Positions 50,242-64,000 of a DNA stretch of 64,000 bases are shown here, one piece after another. Below the pieces are notes generated by a model. The model was not told the origin of the DNA and did not search any database. It saw nothing but the letters and a program-made list of their open reading frames with translations. Origin of the DNA: Okamejei kenojei (lineage: Eukaryota); contig CM069154.1 in the NCBI GenBank assembly GCA_035221665.1, positions 992,001-1,056,000 on the forward strand, in the 5' to 3' direction. Position numbers and translations under genes: made by a program. Every line of letters starts with the position of its first letter. Within the stretch, counting starts at the first letter, position 1.

Positions 50242-51952
50242 TTAGACAATAGACAATAGACAATAGATGCAGGAGTAGGCCGTTCGGCCCTTCGAGCCAG
50301 CACTGCCATTCAATGTGATCATGGCTGATCATCCACAATCAGTACCCCGTTCCTGCCTTCTCCCCATATCCCCTGACTCCACTATTTTTAAGAGCCCTAT
50401 CTAGCTCTCTCTTGAAAGCATCCAGAGAACCTGCCTCAGCCGCCGAGGCAGAGAATTCCACAGACTCACCATTCTCTGTGAGAAAAGGTGTTTCCTCGTC
50501 TCCGTTCTAAATGGCTTACTCCTTATTCTTAAACTGTGGCCCCTGGTTCTGGACTCCCCCAACATCGGGAACATGTTTCCTGCCTCTAGCGTGTCCAAGC
50601 CCTTAACAATCTTATACGTTTCAATGATATATCCTCTCATCCTAAACTCCAGAGTGTACAAGCCCAGCTGCTCCATTCTTTCAGCATATGACAGTCCCGC
50701 CATCCCAGGAATTAACCTTGTAAACCTACGCTGCACTCCCTCAATAGCAAGAATCGTAACCTCTACACTTAATGCACTTGAAAGGAATTCAACATAGCTG
50801 TGCATATAGTGCGTAAATGTGCATATAGACGATAAACACTGTGGTTTAGTGTCAGTGATCAAGTTTTATCAACTGGCAATACACAATAGGTGCAGGAGCA
50901 GGCCATTCGGCCCTTTGAGCCAGCACCGCCATTCAATGTGATCATGGCTGATCATCCCCAATCAGTACCCCGTTCCTGCCTTCTCCCCATATCCACTGAC
51001 TACGCTATTTTTAAGAGCCCTATCTAGCTCTCTCTTGAAAGCATCCAGAGAACCTGCCTCCGCCGCCCTCTCATCCTTCTAAACTCCAGAGTGTAAAGCC
51101 CAGCTGCTCTATTCTCTCAGCATATGACAGTCCCACCATCCCGGAAATTAACCTTGTAAACATATGCTGCACTCCCTCAATAGCAAGAATATCCTTCCTC
51201 AAATTAGGGGACCAAAACTGCACACAATACTCCAGGTGTGGTCTCACTAGGGCTCCGTACAACTGCAGAATGACCTCTTTGCTCCTATATTCGATTCCTT
51301 TTGTTATAAAGGCCAACATGCCATTTGTTTTCTTCACTGCCTGCTGTACCTGCATGCTTGCTTTCATAGACTGATGTACAAGGACCCCCAGATTCCGTTG
51401 TACTTCCCCTTTTCCCAACGACGTAATTTAGATAGTAATCTGCCTTCCTGTTTTTGCTACAGAAGTGCATATCCTCACATTTATCCGTATTAAACTTCAT
51501 CTGCCATGCATCTGCCCACTCCCCCAACCTGTCCAAGTCACCCTGCATTCTCAGAGCATCCTCCTCACAGTCCACACTGCCACCCAGCTTTGTGTCATCT
51601 GCAAATTTACGAATGTTACTTTGAATCCCATCATCCAAATCATTGATGTATATTGTAAATAGCTGCGGTCCCAGCACCGAGCCTTGCGGTTCCCCACTAG
51701 TCACTGCCTGCCATTCTGAAAGGGACCCGTTAATCCCTACTCTTTGTTTCCTGTCTGCCAACCATTTCTCTATCCATGTCAGCACTCTACCCCCAATACC
51801 ATGTGGCCTAATTTTGCCCACTAATCTGTGTGGGACCTTATCAAATGCTTTCTGAAAGTCCAGGTACACTACATCCACTTGGCTCTCCCTTGTCCATTTT
51901 TCTAGTTACATCTTCAAAAAATTCCAGAAGATTAGTCAAGCATGATTTCCCC
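50242..51952 (-). mobile_element. Two adjacent CR1 3' fragments (50242-50752, 50885-51952)
   Basis: [24 protein letters not shown]; 3' UTRs, the first with a (TAGACAA)n tail. Confidence 0.9.
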
Positions 51953-52435
51953 GTACTTGCTTGATTGTGAACGTCAGGTTGATTGCATTCGTCGAAACAG
52001 GGCGTTACTGTTACTGCTCTCCAAATGTGCAGTAACTTGCCTTTAATTTGCATGCATGTCACAATTTTATCACAATAATTTTATTTCAAAATGTTGTGAA
52101 ATATTTTAAATGTTGGGAAATGTTTGCCTTTTAATTTATCTGTCTTACCCAATTGCATTTGAACTGTGATAAATTATTCATGAACAAAGCAAAATTCTCA
52201 TATTGAGCTAATATTTTGGGGAAAATCCCCTGCTCTGCAAGGCAAGATCCAAAATAATCCACGATTGTTTCTATAAAGTATTTCAAACCAATTATTTGAA
52301 TTGTATCCTCTACACTATGACCAAATTCAGACTGTACAATATTTAACCCCACCCTCCCCACAATTATTACCATTTGCGAGTAGTGTGTATGCTGTTGGGA
52401 GCTCTACAACTTAATTTGCCCTTTGATTTCCACAG

Positions 52436-52502
52436 AGATTGTGCCATTGCAGCATTGCAGGATGTGAAAACCTACCTCACAGATGAGCATGGACAGATCG
52501 CA
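52436..52502 (+). CDS. PFKFB2: PFKFB2 exon
   Basis: DCAIAALQDVKTYLTDEHGQIA; cacag/gtgagt, 67 nt. Confidence 0.95.
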
Positions 52503-52611
52503 GTGAGTTGCCCCCTGAATATATTTGTCACAGCCTGCTCAATGATGATTCAGTCGTTCAATTATTTTGTTATTGTCATGCGTGCTATCCATTAAAATCA
52601 TACCTTACATG

Positions 52612-52752
52612 GGGCGGGAGATTGCAACCTACACGTGGTCCACCCTGTTTCGCCGAATGCAATCAACCTGACGTTCACAATCAAGTAAGATCAAATAGAA
52701 CAAGTTGTCCTCCAACTTTAGGCTGCGCACGCCATACGCAAGGAGAAGAAGA
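52612..52752 (+). repeat. Short interspersed repeat with (AAG)n tail; other copies at 21655-21768, 58448-58590 and 51960-52004 (-)
   Basis: Shared ACGTGGTCC.CCCTGTTTCG..AATGCAATCAACC...CTTTAGGCTG...GCCATACGCAAGAAGAAGA. Confidence 0.8.
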
Positions 52753-53909
52753 CTACCTTACATGAGTACAATAGATCCTCATCTGAAAAACACAATGAAT
52801 CACCATTTTTTGGCACCACCTTTCAATATCCGAGCCTCTGAAGCATCCAGTCTAACTTAAGGAGACATACATTTTTCTATATCACATGTTAATACCCCTG
52901 GCAGACTGGACCGATGAAGAAGTGGTTTATCTCCTGTGATGTATTTCTTACTCATTTTTGGCTTAATTGGGCATTTTGATGTTCAGCGTACGTATCTCTT
53001 TTTGTCCTTTAAGTACAGGAGAGATTTTCTGCTATGGTTCAAGTAGTATCTATTTTGATAGAGACAAGAACTGTAGATACTGCAATCTTGATGAGTAAAA
53101 CACAATGTGCTCAGTGGGTCAGGCAGCATTTGTGGAGGGAATGGACAGCTGATGCTTCGGGTCAGCACCCTTCTTCACCTCTAGACTGCTGGAGTAGGGG
53201 GGAGAAAGCTGGAAAAGAGCGATGGGGTGGGTCAAAGCCTGCCAAGTGAAAAGGGTGTCACATCCTTTCCCTTTCTCAAGTCAAAGGTGTAGCCATTGGG
53301 ACTCACAAGGGCCCCAGTTATGCCTGTTTTGTTGTTGGTTACATTAAATCTTCCAACATATACCGGCACCATTTACCAATTCTTCTTCACTACATCCATG
53401 ACTGCATCTTGCTGCCTGAAAAACAGAACCCCATCAAGCACATTTCAGATGTACGTTTACAGAACTGTAACCTATAAGACTGCAGAATTAATGCAAGTAG
53501 GTGTGGTCAGGATGTGTAGCTTCCTCTGATAGTACATATCGTCAGTGAACCGGTTGGGCAGTGAAGAGTCAACTACCTTGGTGGGCCTGATACAGGCCAG
53601 ACCTGGTAAAAATGGCAGGTTTCCATCCCGGCAGGGCAATGGTGAACCCAATGGGCTTAGAGTGATAATCTGGTTGTTTCACTGTTGCCCATATTAAGCC
53701 TAGCTATAATTCTAGTTTTAACAGTACGTTGGTGTTCTAGAATTTGCACTTGTCTCCAAATTAATTGTCCAGTTGTCTGGTTATCTTGTTGTTTAATCAC
53801 TGCATTACAGTACTGTTTCTTTAAGATTAGCCAATGCTCCTCAGTCTATATTTGTTGGAAATTTAAGCTCAGTCCAAATATACGCCTTATTTATTTTCCT
53901 TTATTTTAG

Positions 53910-53984
53910 GTTTTTGATGCAACCAACACAACCCGGCAGAGGAGAAATTTAATCCTGAATTTTGCCAGTGATAATACATTTAAG
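53910..53984 (+). CDS. PFKFB2: PFKFB2 exon
   Basis: VFDATNTTRQRRNLILNFASDNTFK; ttttag/gtcagg, 75 nt. Confidence 0.95.
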
Positions 53985-54353
53985 GTCAGGATTAGGAGTA
54001 AAGACAACTTATTGTTCTATTATTGTTAATGCATTTTGACCACCAATTCACAATAAATGAATGGCGTTGACCAAATTTGTCTGATCTATATATTATAACA
54101 GTAAATTATTTGTGGTAATATGGCTTGCATTTTGAAAAATCGCTCTGCATATCTGTCAATGGCTGCCTCGCCAACATCCTGTCTATCCCTTCCTTTGTGT
54201 TTTAATAGTATGTATTAAATGTATGTTTTTAGTATTCTTTAACTTGTTTTATTTGTGGGGGGGGGCGTTGGGGGAAACTTTTTCTAATCTCTTACCTTGA
54301 CAGAGATGCGATTTTTTTCCATATCGTATCTCTGTCTGCACTGCGGCATAACC

Positions 54354-54797
54354 AGGGTTACCAACTGTCCCGGATTCGCCGTATTTCGTCCCGGCGAAAC
54401 AACCTAAATACGGTGTTCCGGCAGGCAAACAAGTCGTTACGGAGAAGGGCTGGGGGGGAGCGGGAACGGATGTGAGCGGCGGTTGAGCAGCATGCGGGAA
54501 GGGACACGTGCAGCGGCGGGAGCGGGAACGAGCGGCGGTTTACACGTGCGCGGGATCGACGGTTCACGGAAGGGCGCCAATGGTGGGGTACAGGATGATG
54601 CTTGGTCAAAAGGACGTTAACATTAGCATTGTGGAGCCCATGGACTTCTGTTTAGGGGGCATTAATTACAAAGAGAGATATGACAGACATGGATTGTATT
54701 CTCTGGAACTCCAGTTGAAAAAAGGAAGGTTGGATTCAACGAAGTTACGTTACTGACAAATGGGTTGAAACTGTGAACTAAAATTTAGGGTTGGCAA
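54354..54797. mobile_element. hAT-like MITE remnant
   Basis: CAGGGTTACCAACTGTCCCGG left end; partial GTTGGCAA right end. Confidence 0.5.
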
Positions 54798-55546
54798 TAA
54801 CATCGAGGAGATGGTGGCCTTTGCTGGAACCGACTGTTGAGAGCTCCACTGCGGGGAGCCTACGGGACAACATCGAGAAGGGCCCATGGACTTCTGTTTA
54901 ATTAATTATGACAACATGCTCTGGAACTCCAGTAGAAGTCTAAAAGATGGTAAGGGTGGACAGCCAGAATCTTTTTCCACGGGTGAAAATGTCAAAGACA
55001 AGTAGGCATCGGCTTAAGGTGAGATGGGCAAAGTTTAAAGATGTGCAGGCAAGTATTTTACTCAGAGGGTGCTGTGTGCCTGGAACATGCTTACGGGAGT
55101 GATGCTGAGGCTTGTAGATAAGCACATGGATAATCAGCGAATGGACGGATATGGATGATATGCAGGCAGATGGTCGGCATAGACATGGTGGGCTGAAGGG
55201 CTTGTTCAACTGTTATATTGTTCTATGTTTCAAATGCATATCAATAATCTACACATCTGGATACTAATTCCGCAATTTAGTCACAATGTTACTGAACAAT
55301 GTCCTTGTAGAGAATTTCTGATGAGCAAAATGCCATTTATTGTGGTGTTTAAAGCAGAGTTTGTTTAACTGGTAATGTACTGACTGACACGTAAGATGCA
55401 TTTTGGTTTTGAATCATGCGTACAAAGATGTCTTGAGGAACATAAATCAATGAAGCTATCATAATCAAACAATTCTGTTTTCTGGCCTTTTTCATTTCTT
55501 GTTAATTTAATATATTTACTGAGACCGAACTGTTGTTTGTTTACAG

Positions 55547-55603
55547 GTGTTTTTTGTTGAATCTGTCTGTGATGATCCAGAGGTCATTGCTGCAAATATC
55601 AAG
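55547..55603 (+). CDS. PFKFB2: PFKFB2 exon
   Basis: VFFVESVCDDPEVIAANIK; ttacag/gtacgt, 57 nt. Confidence 0.95.
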
Positions 55604-57124
55604 GTACGTGATATCTTTTACCTTCAGTCAGATCTTGCTGTTAAATAAGATCTGGCCAACAGTTGTTTGAGAGCAAAATGATTAATTTGCCGGAACTCAA
55701 TAGGGTGTGGAGTCAAGGGATATGGGGAGGTGGCAGGCATGGGGTACTGATTGTGGATGATCAGCAATGATCACAATGAATAGCGGTGCTGGCTTAAAGG
55801 GCCGAGTGGCCTCCTCCTGCACCTATTGCCTGTTGTCTATAAGTAGAGGCATGACATTTCTCCTGACTGTAGTACAACCTAAGGGGTGTCAAGTTGGGGG
55901 GTAACCAATTAGGACTGAGCAGATAAAACAATTATTTGCACAAAGGATCATTGGTTGCTCTTGATTAAAGAGAAAACGAAGATTGAGGCAATATGATGCT
56001 TTTTAAAAATTAAATTATTTTTAAGTTCGTTCCTGGGTGTTGGATTCTCAGCAGGACCAGTGTTATTTTCTGCCCATAATTGCCTTTGAGAAGGTTGAGA
56101 GGAAACTGCTGCATTGCTGCTGGAGCTGACTGGTGGTCTGTCCCAGGCTTTGCACCAGGCGATGACGCAGCCGATGGCATGTTTACATTCCTAGGTAAAA
56201 GCGAAACCAGCCATTGATATAAGACGGTCACCGAGAAATCGGAATGGACTGTGTATTCCATGCAATCATGCTGCGGATAGTCAAATTATTCAGACTAAAG
56301 CATTCCGTGAATATCCATAAACATTTTTGAAAGTGAAGCTTCTATTTTTGCTTTGAAACAAAATTGGGTTTTGTCAAGGGAAATAAGTATTTTACGATCT
56401 ATTGTTTATAGGGCCTCCTGAATGTTCTGCAGAGTTCAATAGTTTAACTCCAGACTCCTGCATTGTTCACTTTCAGTCATCAGCTCAGATCTGTTTTAGT
56501 CTTAATAAAGGTCGAGGAAATTACAGAATTATGCTTTTGAGAAGGAAGTGCTTATTAAAAGGAATTGATTTTGAAAAAAAAAATCCTTGAAGCAATTGCT
56601 TATTTTTCCCTCTGAACTCAGTGACGTTTTTTCCTGCGGTTAACACTGGTGGCATCAATTACTGCACTGGAAACAGTAGCCCATCACCACAAATTACCTT
56701 GCAGCTTACTACAGACCCAGCCCTTGGGAAGCTTTCTGGAAGGAGGAGTGCTCTTTCAATGACAAGACAATTTAACTATGCCAGTTGTGGCCAAATCAAG
56801 GTGTGATATATCCCAAGGTGATGCTTTCTCTAGTGAATCTGTAGAAATTGGTAAGAGTCATTGATTGAGACATACCAAATTTCCTTAGCCTTCTGAGGAA
56901 GTAGAGCCATTGGCGTGCAACTCGGCTGTAGCATCAATGTGATTAGACCAGGGCAAATAGTTGATATTTACTCCCAGAAACCTGAAGCTCTTGGTCACCT
57001 CCACATCAGCACCATTATTACACACTGAGGCATCTATTCAACCCCTCTTCCTGAAGTCGATGACCAGCCCCTTTGTATTGTTGACATTGAGGCAGTAGTT
57101 GTTGCCTTGACACCATGTTGCTAA

Positions 57125-57543
57125 AGGGCCTGTCCCACTTGGTGATTTTTTTTTGGCGACTGCCGGCGTCATATCAAGTCAAGTCAAGTCAAGTTTTATT
57201 TGTCACTTGCACATAAAGTGCAGTGAAATGAATTTGCCAGCAGCGGTACAATAAAAAAAGAATACACAATACACAATTAAAATGTATACAAACATCCACC
57301 ACAGCATTCATCACTGTGGTGGAAGGCACAAAAATTGGCCAGTCCTCCTCCATTTTCCTCCATATCAGTGTCACCAAAAGATTTTGAACATTTCAAAATC
57401 CAGCGGCAACAAAAGAAATGTTGCGACACTTGAAAAAACACCGTGCATCATAAGTCGTCACGCCACAAATGTTTCGGTGTCCTGATACGTCAGTCAATGA
57501 TGCCGGCAGTCACTGAAAAAATTGCCAAGTGGGACAGGCCCTT
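57125..57543. mobile_element. Harbinger-type MITE (related to 4326) interrupted by a retroelement 3' end (57175-57360), within a Rex-Babar fragment
   Basis: TIRs AGGGCCTGTCCCACTTGG / CCAAGTGGGACAGGCCCT with TAA flanks; (TCAAG)n tail inside. Confidence 0.8.
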
Positions 57544-57909
57544 AAGTTCTCTAACTCCTTCTTGTACCCTGTCTCATCATTGTTCAAGATCTGGCCCAGT
57601 ATTGTGGTCTCATCACCAAACTTGGAAATGGAGTTAGAGCAGAATTTGGTTGCCCAGTCATGAGTGCATAGGGAGCATAGTAAGGGACTAGAACATAATC
57701 CCTTATTGTATCTCATGGTAAGCGACTAGAGCATAGTTTTGTCGGTCACCGGTGGTGAAGATTCTGCTGGAGGATGTTTTGTCGCCTACACGTGCAGATT
57801 ACAGAGTATGGGTCAGGAAGTCGAGGATCCAGTTGCAGAGGATGGTGCTGAGTCTGAGGTCCAGGAGTTTGGAGATGGATTTGCCTGTGTAGTATAATGT
57901 GAGTGTTAA

Positions 57910-58116
<207 letters not shown>

Positions 58117-58759
58117 TAAGAGTTTTAAAATGGAATAAATTTAAAAATCTCTCTGACTAAAGTTATGATTGCCACTTGATTAATTCACAGATTTACCATC
58201 CCTACTGAATACTTAGCAATACAGCATGGAACGTTAGGTGGTAGTGAAATAGTTTTAAATTGTATTTTGTGAAGCTACATCGAAAGGAAGTGATGATGCA
58301 ATTTGGAGTTTTCTTTTGATGCATAATAATATTTATTCATGAAATGGAATGCCAAGAATTAATACAAAATATACGCTCATCTACGAGATGCTTCAGCAGT
58401 CCGTATGCATCATTATATTTCAGGTTTGCATTTATTTAAGTGTGAAGTGGGGTGGGAGATTGCAACCTTCACGTGGTCCACCCTGTTTCGACTAATGCAA
58501 TCAACCCGACGTGTATAAACAAATAGATCAAATAGAACAAGTTGACCTTCAACTTTAGGCTGTACCTGCCATACGCAAGAAGAAGAAGAAGTGTGAAGCA
58601 GGTTGTTGTGATTGTACTCGTCAATAAGGTCTGGTCATTGGTCCAATTCTGATTGATTTTTGGGTCTCCTCTGTTGCCTGTATTCATTTCACAACTGTCT
58701 GTTCTACTTGTAGAAATTTGAAATTAAATCTGACTTAAGCCGACGGTTTATTTTGCTAA

Positions 58760-59107
<348 letters not shown>

Positions 59108-59774
59108 TGAACGCAGTGCTGGAAGAACTTTGGAACATCTCTGGAGAAAGGATGGGTGATGTTTTGGGTCGGGTCCCTTCTTCAGAGTGGGACTACCAGC
59201 AAGATATTTATTTGGTTTTGGTTTATCATTATTGTTAAATGCATGGAGATACAGTGAAGAACTTTGTTTGGGTGTTATTCGGGCAATTCATACCATCCTT
59301 GAGCACATCAGATTGGTTCAAGAAGGAAGAAGAAAAAGGATGCGGAATATAGTGTTACAGTTAAAGTGAAAGTGCAGATTAAAAAAATATATACAAGGGC
59401 TCCAACAAGATACATAGGAAGATCAGGAATTCATCCTCGGCATGACAAGTCTGCTCAAGAGTCTGATAACAGTGGGGAATTGGCTATTCTTCAATCTGGT
59501 GGTACGTCCTTGCAATATTCTGTATCTTCTGCTCAACAGGGTAGAAGAGGGAATGCCCAGGGTGAATGTTTGCTGCGTTCCAGCGCAATGTGAAGTGTAG
59601 CTGGAGTAGATGAGGCAGGGAAGGATGGGTTGGGTGATGGACTGGATCGCTTAGACAATCCTTTGCCATTCGTGGTCTTGAGCAGAGCTGCAGCCAAACC
59701 AAGCTGTCATGCATCTGGATAGGATGCTGTCCACGATGCATTTGTAAAAGCCTGAACATTTGCCAGGAGTACTC

Positions 59775-60190
59775 ACTGGAGATTCGAAGAATGGGGGGGA
59801 GCGGGGGACCTCATTGAAACATACAGAATAGTGAAAGGCTTGGATAGAGTGGATGTGGAGAGGATGTTTCCACTAGTGGGAGAGTTGAGGACTAGAAGTC
59901 ATAGCCTCAGAATTAAAGGACGTTCTTTTAGGATGAAGATGAGGAGACATTTCTTTAGTCAGAGACTGGTGAATCTGTGGAATTCTTTGCCACAGAAGGC
60001 TGTGGAGGTCAAGTCAGTGGATATTTTTAAGGCAGAGATAGATAGATTATTGATTAGTGCGGGTGTCAGGGGTTATGGGGAGAAGGCAGGAGAATGGGGT
60101 TAGGAGGGAGGGATAGATCAGCCATGATTGAATGGTGGAGTAGACTTGATGGGCCAAATAGCCTAATTCTACTCCTATCCCTTATGACTC
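59775..60190 (+). mobile_element. CR1 3' end
   Basis: KGLDRVDVERMFP...TRSHSLRIKG...VNLWNSLP. Confidence 0.85.
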
Positions 60191-60456
60191 TTAAGAGTAT
60201 GATGGGAGGGGCAGTTGCTTACAAAACGATTGTTTCAGTCTCATCTGCAGACCATCATTACAACGAGGGTGCCAGTATTGTCCTCACTTTTCAGAAGTCA
60301 ACAACTAACTGGCCCAATAAAATGAAAGCTGATCTTAATTTACCAGGCTGTGGAGAAAGAGCCAAATGGGGTTATAGTTGAATTCATATTATAACATATT
60401 TGAACTAGTTAATGACCTTTGAGTAACCACACTAACTTGTGTCGATTCTTCAATAG

Positions 60457-60639
<183 letters not shown>

Positions 60640-61444
60640 TGACTTTTTAATATCACTTTCATTTTAAAAGCCATTGAAAAAGAAATGACTACAGTCAACA
60701 GCTCCACACTTCAGTGGTAACTTTTGGTCAAAGTTATTGCAGGATTGAATTGGTCATAGGGGGAGATTAATCAGCCCACAGAATCCAGATGTACTTATTG
60801 TAGAACAATCTCTTCAGTCCGATTCCTTGCTATTTTCCCTACAATTTATTTTGCCTCAATTTCCTTTTGAAAGCTCTGATTCTACCATTTTATACAGTGA
60901 GTTCCAGTTTATAATACGCCCTGTAATAAAAAAGACCTTTGTATTATTTAAATGTCCCTTTACCTCAGCACCATAGCTCTTGAACCATCAACTGAGAAGG
61001 TCATAAGTGATAGGAGTAGAATTAGGCCATTCGGTCCATCATGTCTACTCTGCCATTCAATCATGGCTGATCTATCTCTCCCTCCTAACCCCATTCTCCT
61101 GCCTAATGGGAACAGATTTCTTGTTTTATCCCCACCTGCATCTATATGATCTTAGAAAATTGACCAGTACAGCACAGTACATCATGTTCAGCATGGGCAT
61201 TGTTGGAACAGGCCCTTCATCCCACAATGTCTGTGCTGAACATCATGCCAAGACCAACTCTCGCCTGCTTGCATATAATCCATATCCGTACATTCCTTCA
61301 ATTTCCACGTGCCTATCCAAATATCTCTGTAATGCCACTGTCATACCTGCCTCCACCACCACCCCCAGCAGCGTGTGTTGCTGCCATTCATTTCCCTCAG
61401 TGTAAAAAAACTTGCCCTGCTCATTGCCTTTCAGCTTGGAAGTT

Positions 61445-64000
61445 GTTTATTTTTTTTATTAGAAGTACAGGAATATGGCACCTAGGTGCCTAATATATAT
61501 TGACATATTACATTTTATGTACAGCTTCTTTTTTTTTTTTTTAATAATGAAAAAGAAAAAGAGAGAATAGATAATAAAAGATACAGAAACGTGATATATA
61601 GTGTGTGAGAAAGTAAAAAGTGTGAAAGAAGAAAGTTGAGAAAGAAAAAGAAAAAAGAAAGAAAAAGAGTAGAAAGTAAATGATTAAGGAGATCGTTATC
61701 TATATTCTTGCCCATCCCTCACCCAATCCTGAAACAGTTAGCTTCTACCATTTTGTTGCACCATATGCTTCTAAAAAATCGACAAATGGAGACCAACTCG
61801 TTAAAAATTGGTCTGATTTATCTATTAGGAGGAATCGTATTTCTCAAGATGTGCGGTGTCCAACATGTTTGAAATCCACATTTTAAGCGTTGGTATGGCT
61901 GTATTTTTCCAAAAGTTGTATAAGTTTTTTTGCTGTTAGTAACCCATAATTAAAAAATAAATTTTGAGATGAGTTCAATTTATTCCCATCTTCCATTACC
62001 CCAAATATAATCATTTCAGTATTAGGTTAAATAATTTTGTAAATATTTCAAAAATATCACTCCAGAATTTATTAAGTTTTATGCAGGAGACAAAAGAGTG
62101 TGTTATAGTTGCATTTTGGGATAGACATTTATCACAAATGGGGGAAGTATTTGGATAGAATTTATTCAATCTAGTTTTTGAGTAATATAATCTATGTAAA
62201 ATTTTAAATTGAATTAAATTATGTCTTACATTAATCGAACATTTGTGTATATATATCAAATACTTTTCCCATGTTTCCTTCGTAATTTTTATCATTAATT
62301 CCCGTTCCCACTCTTCTCTAAGTGCCTCTGTTGATGGTAAATCTATATTTAAAATATTATATAAATATGATATTAATTTCTGTGAGTCAGCCTTAATGTT
62401 CATTGCTTCTTCCAGTGGATCTAAAATTATGTTTTGATATATTTGTATGTATTTCTTCATGAAGTTGCAGATCTGAAGATATTTAAAATATTGGTTATTT
62501 TTCAGTTTAAATTTTAATTGTAATTGTTGGAATGATAACAGATTTCCCATTTCATACATATCACCAATCCTTTTAATTCCCATTTTTTCCCATTGATTAT
62601 ATGTTTTATCAATAAGAGATGGTTTAAATGAAGGATTATTCACTATTGGCATTAACAATGATAGGTTTCTTAATTTTAAGGATAATTTTACTTGTTTCCA
62701 AATTCTTATTGTATCATGTATAATTGGGTTATTCTTATATATTGTGTTGTACAGTTTTATCGGGGAGAAGAGGATCACACCTTTTATTACAAGGAGAACA
62801 GTCCTCTTTCTCCATTCTTATCCATTCTGTCTGTTGGGTAGAACTGTCCAACCAGTAAATTATATTCTTAATATGCACTGCCCAATAATAATACAAAAAG
62901 TTCGGAAGTGAAAGTCCCCCAATGTCTTTTGGTTTGCACAAATGTTTTCTTTGGATTCTGTGTGATCTATAATCCCAGATAAAATTGGTAATATTAGAGT
63001 CTAGTTTTTAAATACGTTTTTTGGTATACATAATGGTATAGATTGAAATAGGTATAATATTTGTGGTAAAAAGATCATTTTTATAGCGTTTATTCTGCCT
63101 ATTAATGATAACGGAAGTGTTTTCCACAATTTAATCGATGTGTTGAGTTTATTCAATAAAGGCATAAAATTAGCATTAAATAATGCTTTGTATTTTCTAG
63201 TAATTTGAATACCCAAATACTTAAATTTTTCTGTTGTAATTTTAAAGGGGAATTTTAATAGGTGTGTAGATTCTTGAGGTTTTAATGTCATGATTTCACT
63301 TTTAATTCCAATTTATTCTGTATCCAGAAAAAAAAAACTGAATTCCTCTATTAAATTTAATAAGTTTGGTATGCTCGTTTGTGAGTTTGTAATATATAAA
63401 AGTATATTGTCTGCATATAATGAAATTTTATTATTTGAGTCCATTGTATTATATCCCTGAATATTCAGATGACTTCTTATACTTTCAGCCTGGGGCTCTA
63501 ACATAAGGGCAAATAGCAAAGCACATCCCTGCCTATTGCCCCTCGATAATTGAAATTTTGGAGATATTTAACATATTATTCTTGCCGTCGGTTTATCATA
63601 TAGTAATTTTACCCATACAATAAAATTCTCTCCCATATTAATTTTTTACAATACTTTATATAAATACTGCCACCCTACCTGATCAAATGCTTTCTCTGCA
63701 TCCAGAGAAACAATTGAAATATCTTCTTCCTCCGTTTTATGCAAGTACATTATATTAAACAGGCATCTCAAATTATTAACTGAATGTCTTTTGGGTATAA
63801 ACCCCGTTTGATCAGGATTTATAAATTTACTAATATATTTACTCAATCTTCTTGCTAAGGTCTTTGCTAAAATTTTCTGATCTGTATTTAAAAGTGATAT
63901 AGCTCTATATGAGTCCGGTTCATCTAAATCTTTATCTTTTTTTGGTATAAGCGTAATAGTTGATTCAGCTAATGTTTCTGGTAATTTATTTTCTTTAAAG
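61445..64000 (-). mobile_element. L1-clade LINE ORF2 3' half, degenerate, continuing beyond the window
   Basis: INPDQTGFIPKR, SLDAEKAFDQV, LYADNILLY, FKYLGI, GGLSLPNF, C-terminal CDKC...H...C; AATAAA/poly(A) end near 61450. Confidence 0.92.

Overview
Vertebrate nuclear DNA, most likely from a cartilaginous fish (skate or ray), judging by the repeat content: HE1-like tRNA SINEs and CR1, Rex-Babar, L1, Penelope and Harbinger elements. It contains the complete coding region of YOD1 (minus strand, 2 coding exons, 303 aa). YOD1 lies head-to-head with the 5' part of PFKFB2 (plus strand; 8 conserved coding exons plus 2 predicted N-terminal exons; the gene runs off the right edge) across a CpG-island promoter at about 33.5-34.2 kb. 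A TATA/CCAAT promoter and non-coding first exon of a further minus-strand gene lie at about 9.3-10 kb. The most unusual observations are two independent host-gene captures by transposons. (1) A two-LTR Gypsy-like element (14478-17520) in which gag, protease and most of RT are replaced by an intronless fragment resembling ZW10 mRNA. (2) A 457-bp TIR element with a 6-bp TSD (30166-30622) carrying an array of CRE plus GC-box repeats and what looks like the RPS13 promoter and start (MGRMHA). Also notable are Penelope-associated minimal hammerhead ribozyme motifs, a non-autonomous retroelement family with covarying 3' hairpins, and a GC-AG intron in PFKFB2. Homology calls come from recalled sequences, not database searches, and repeat boundaries are approximate.
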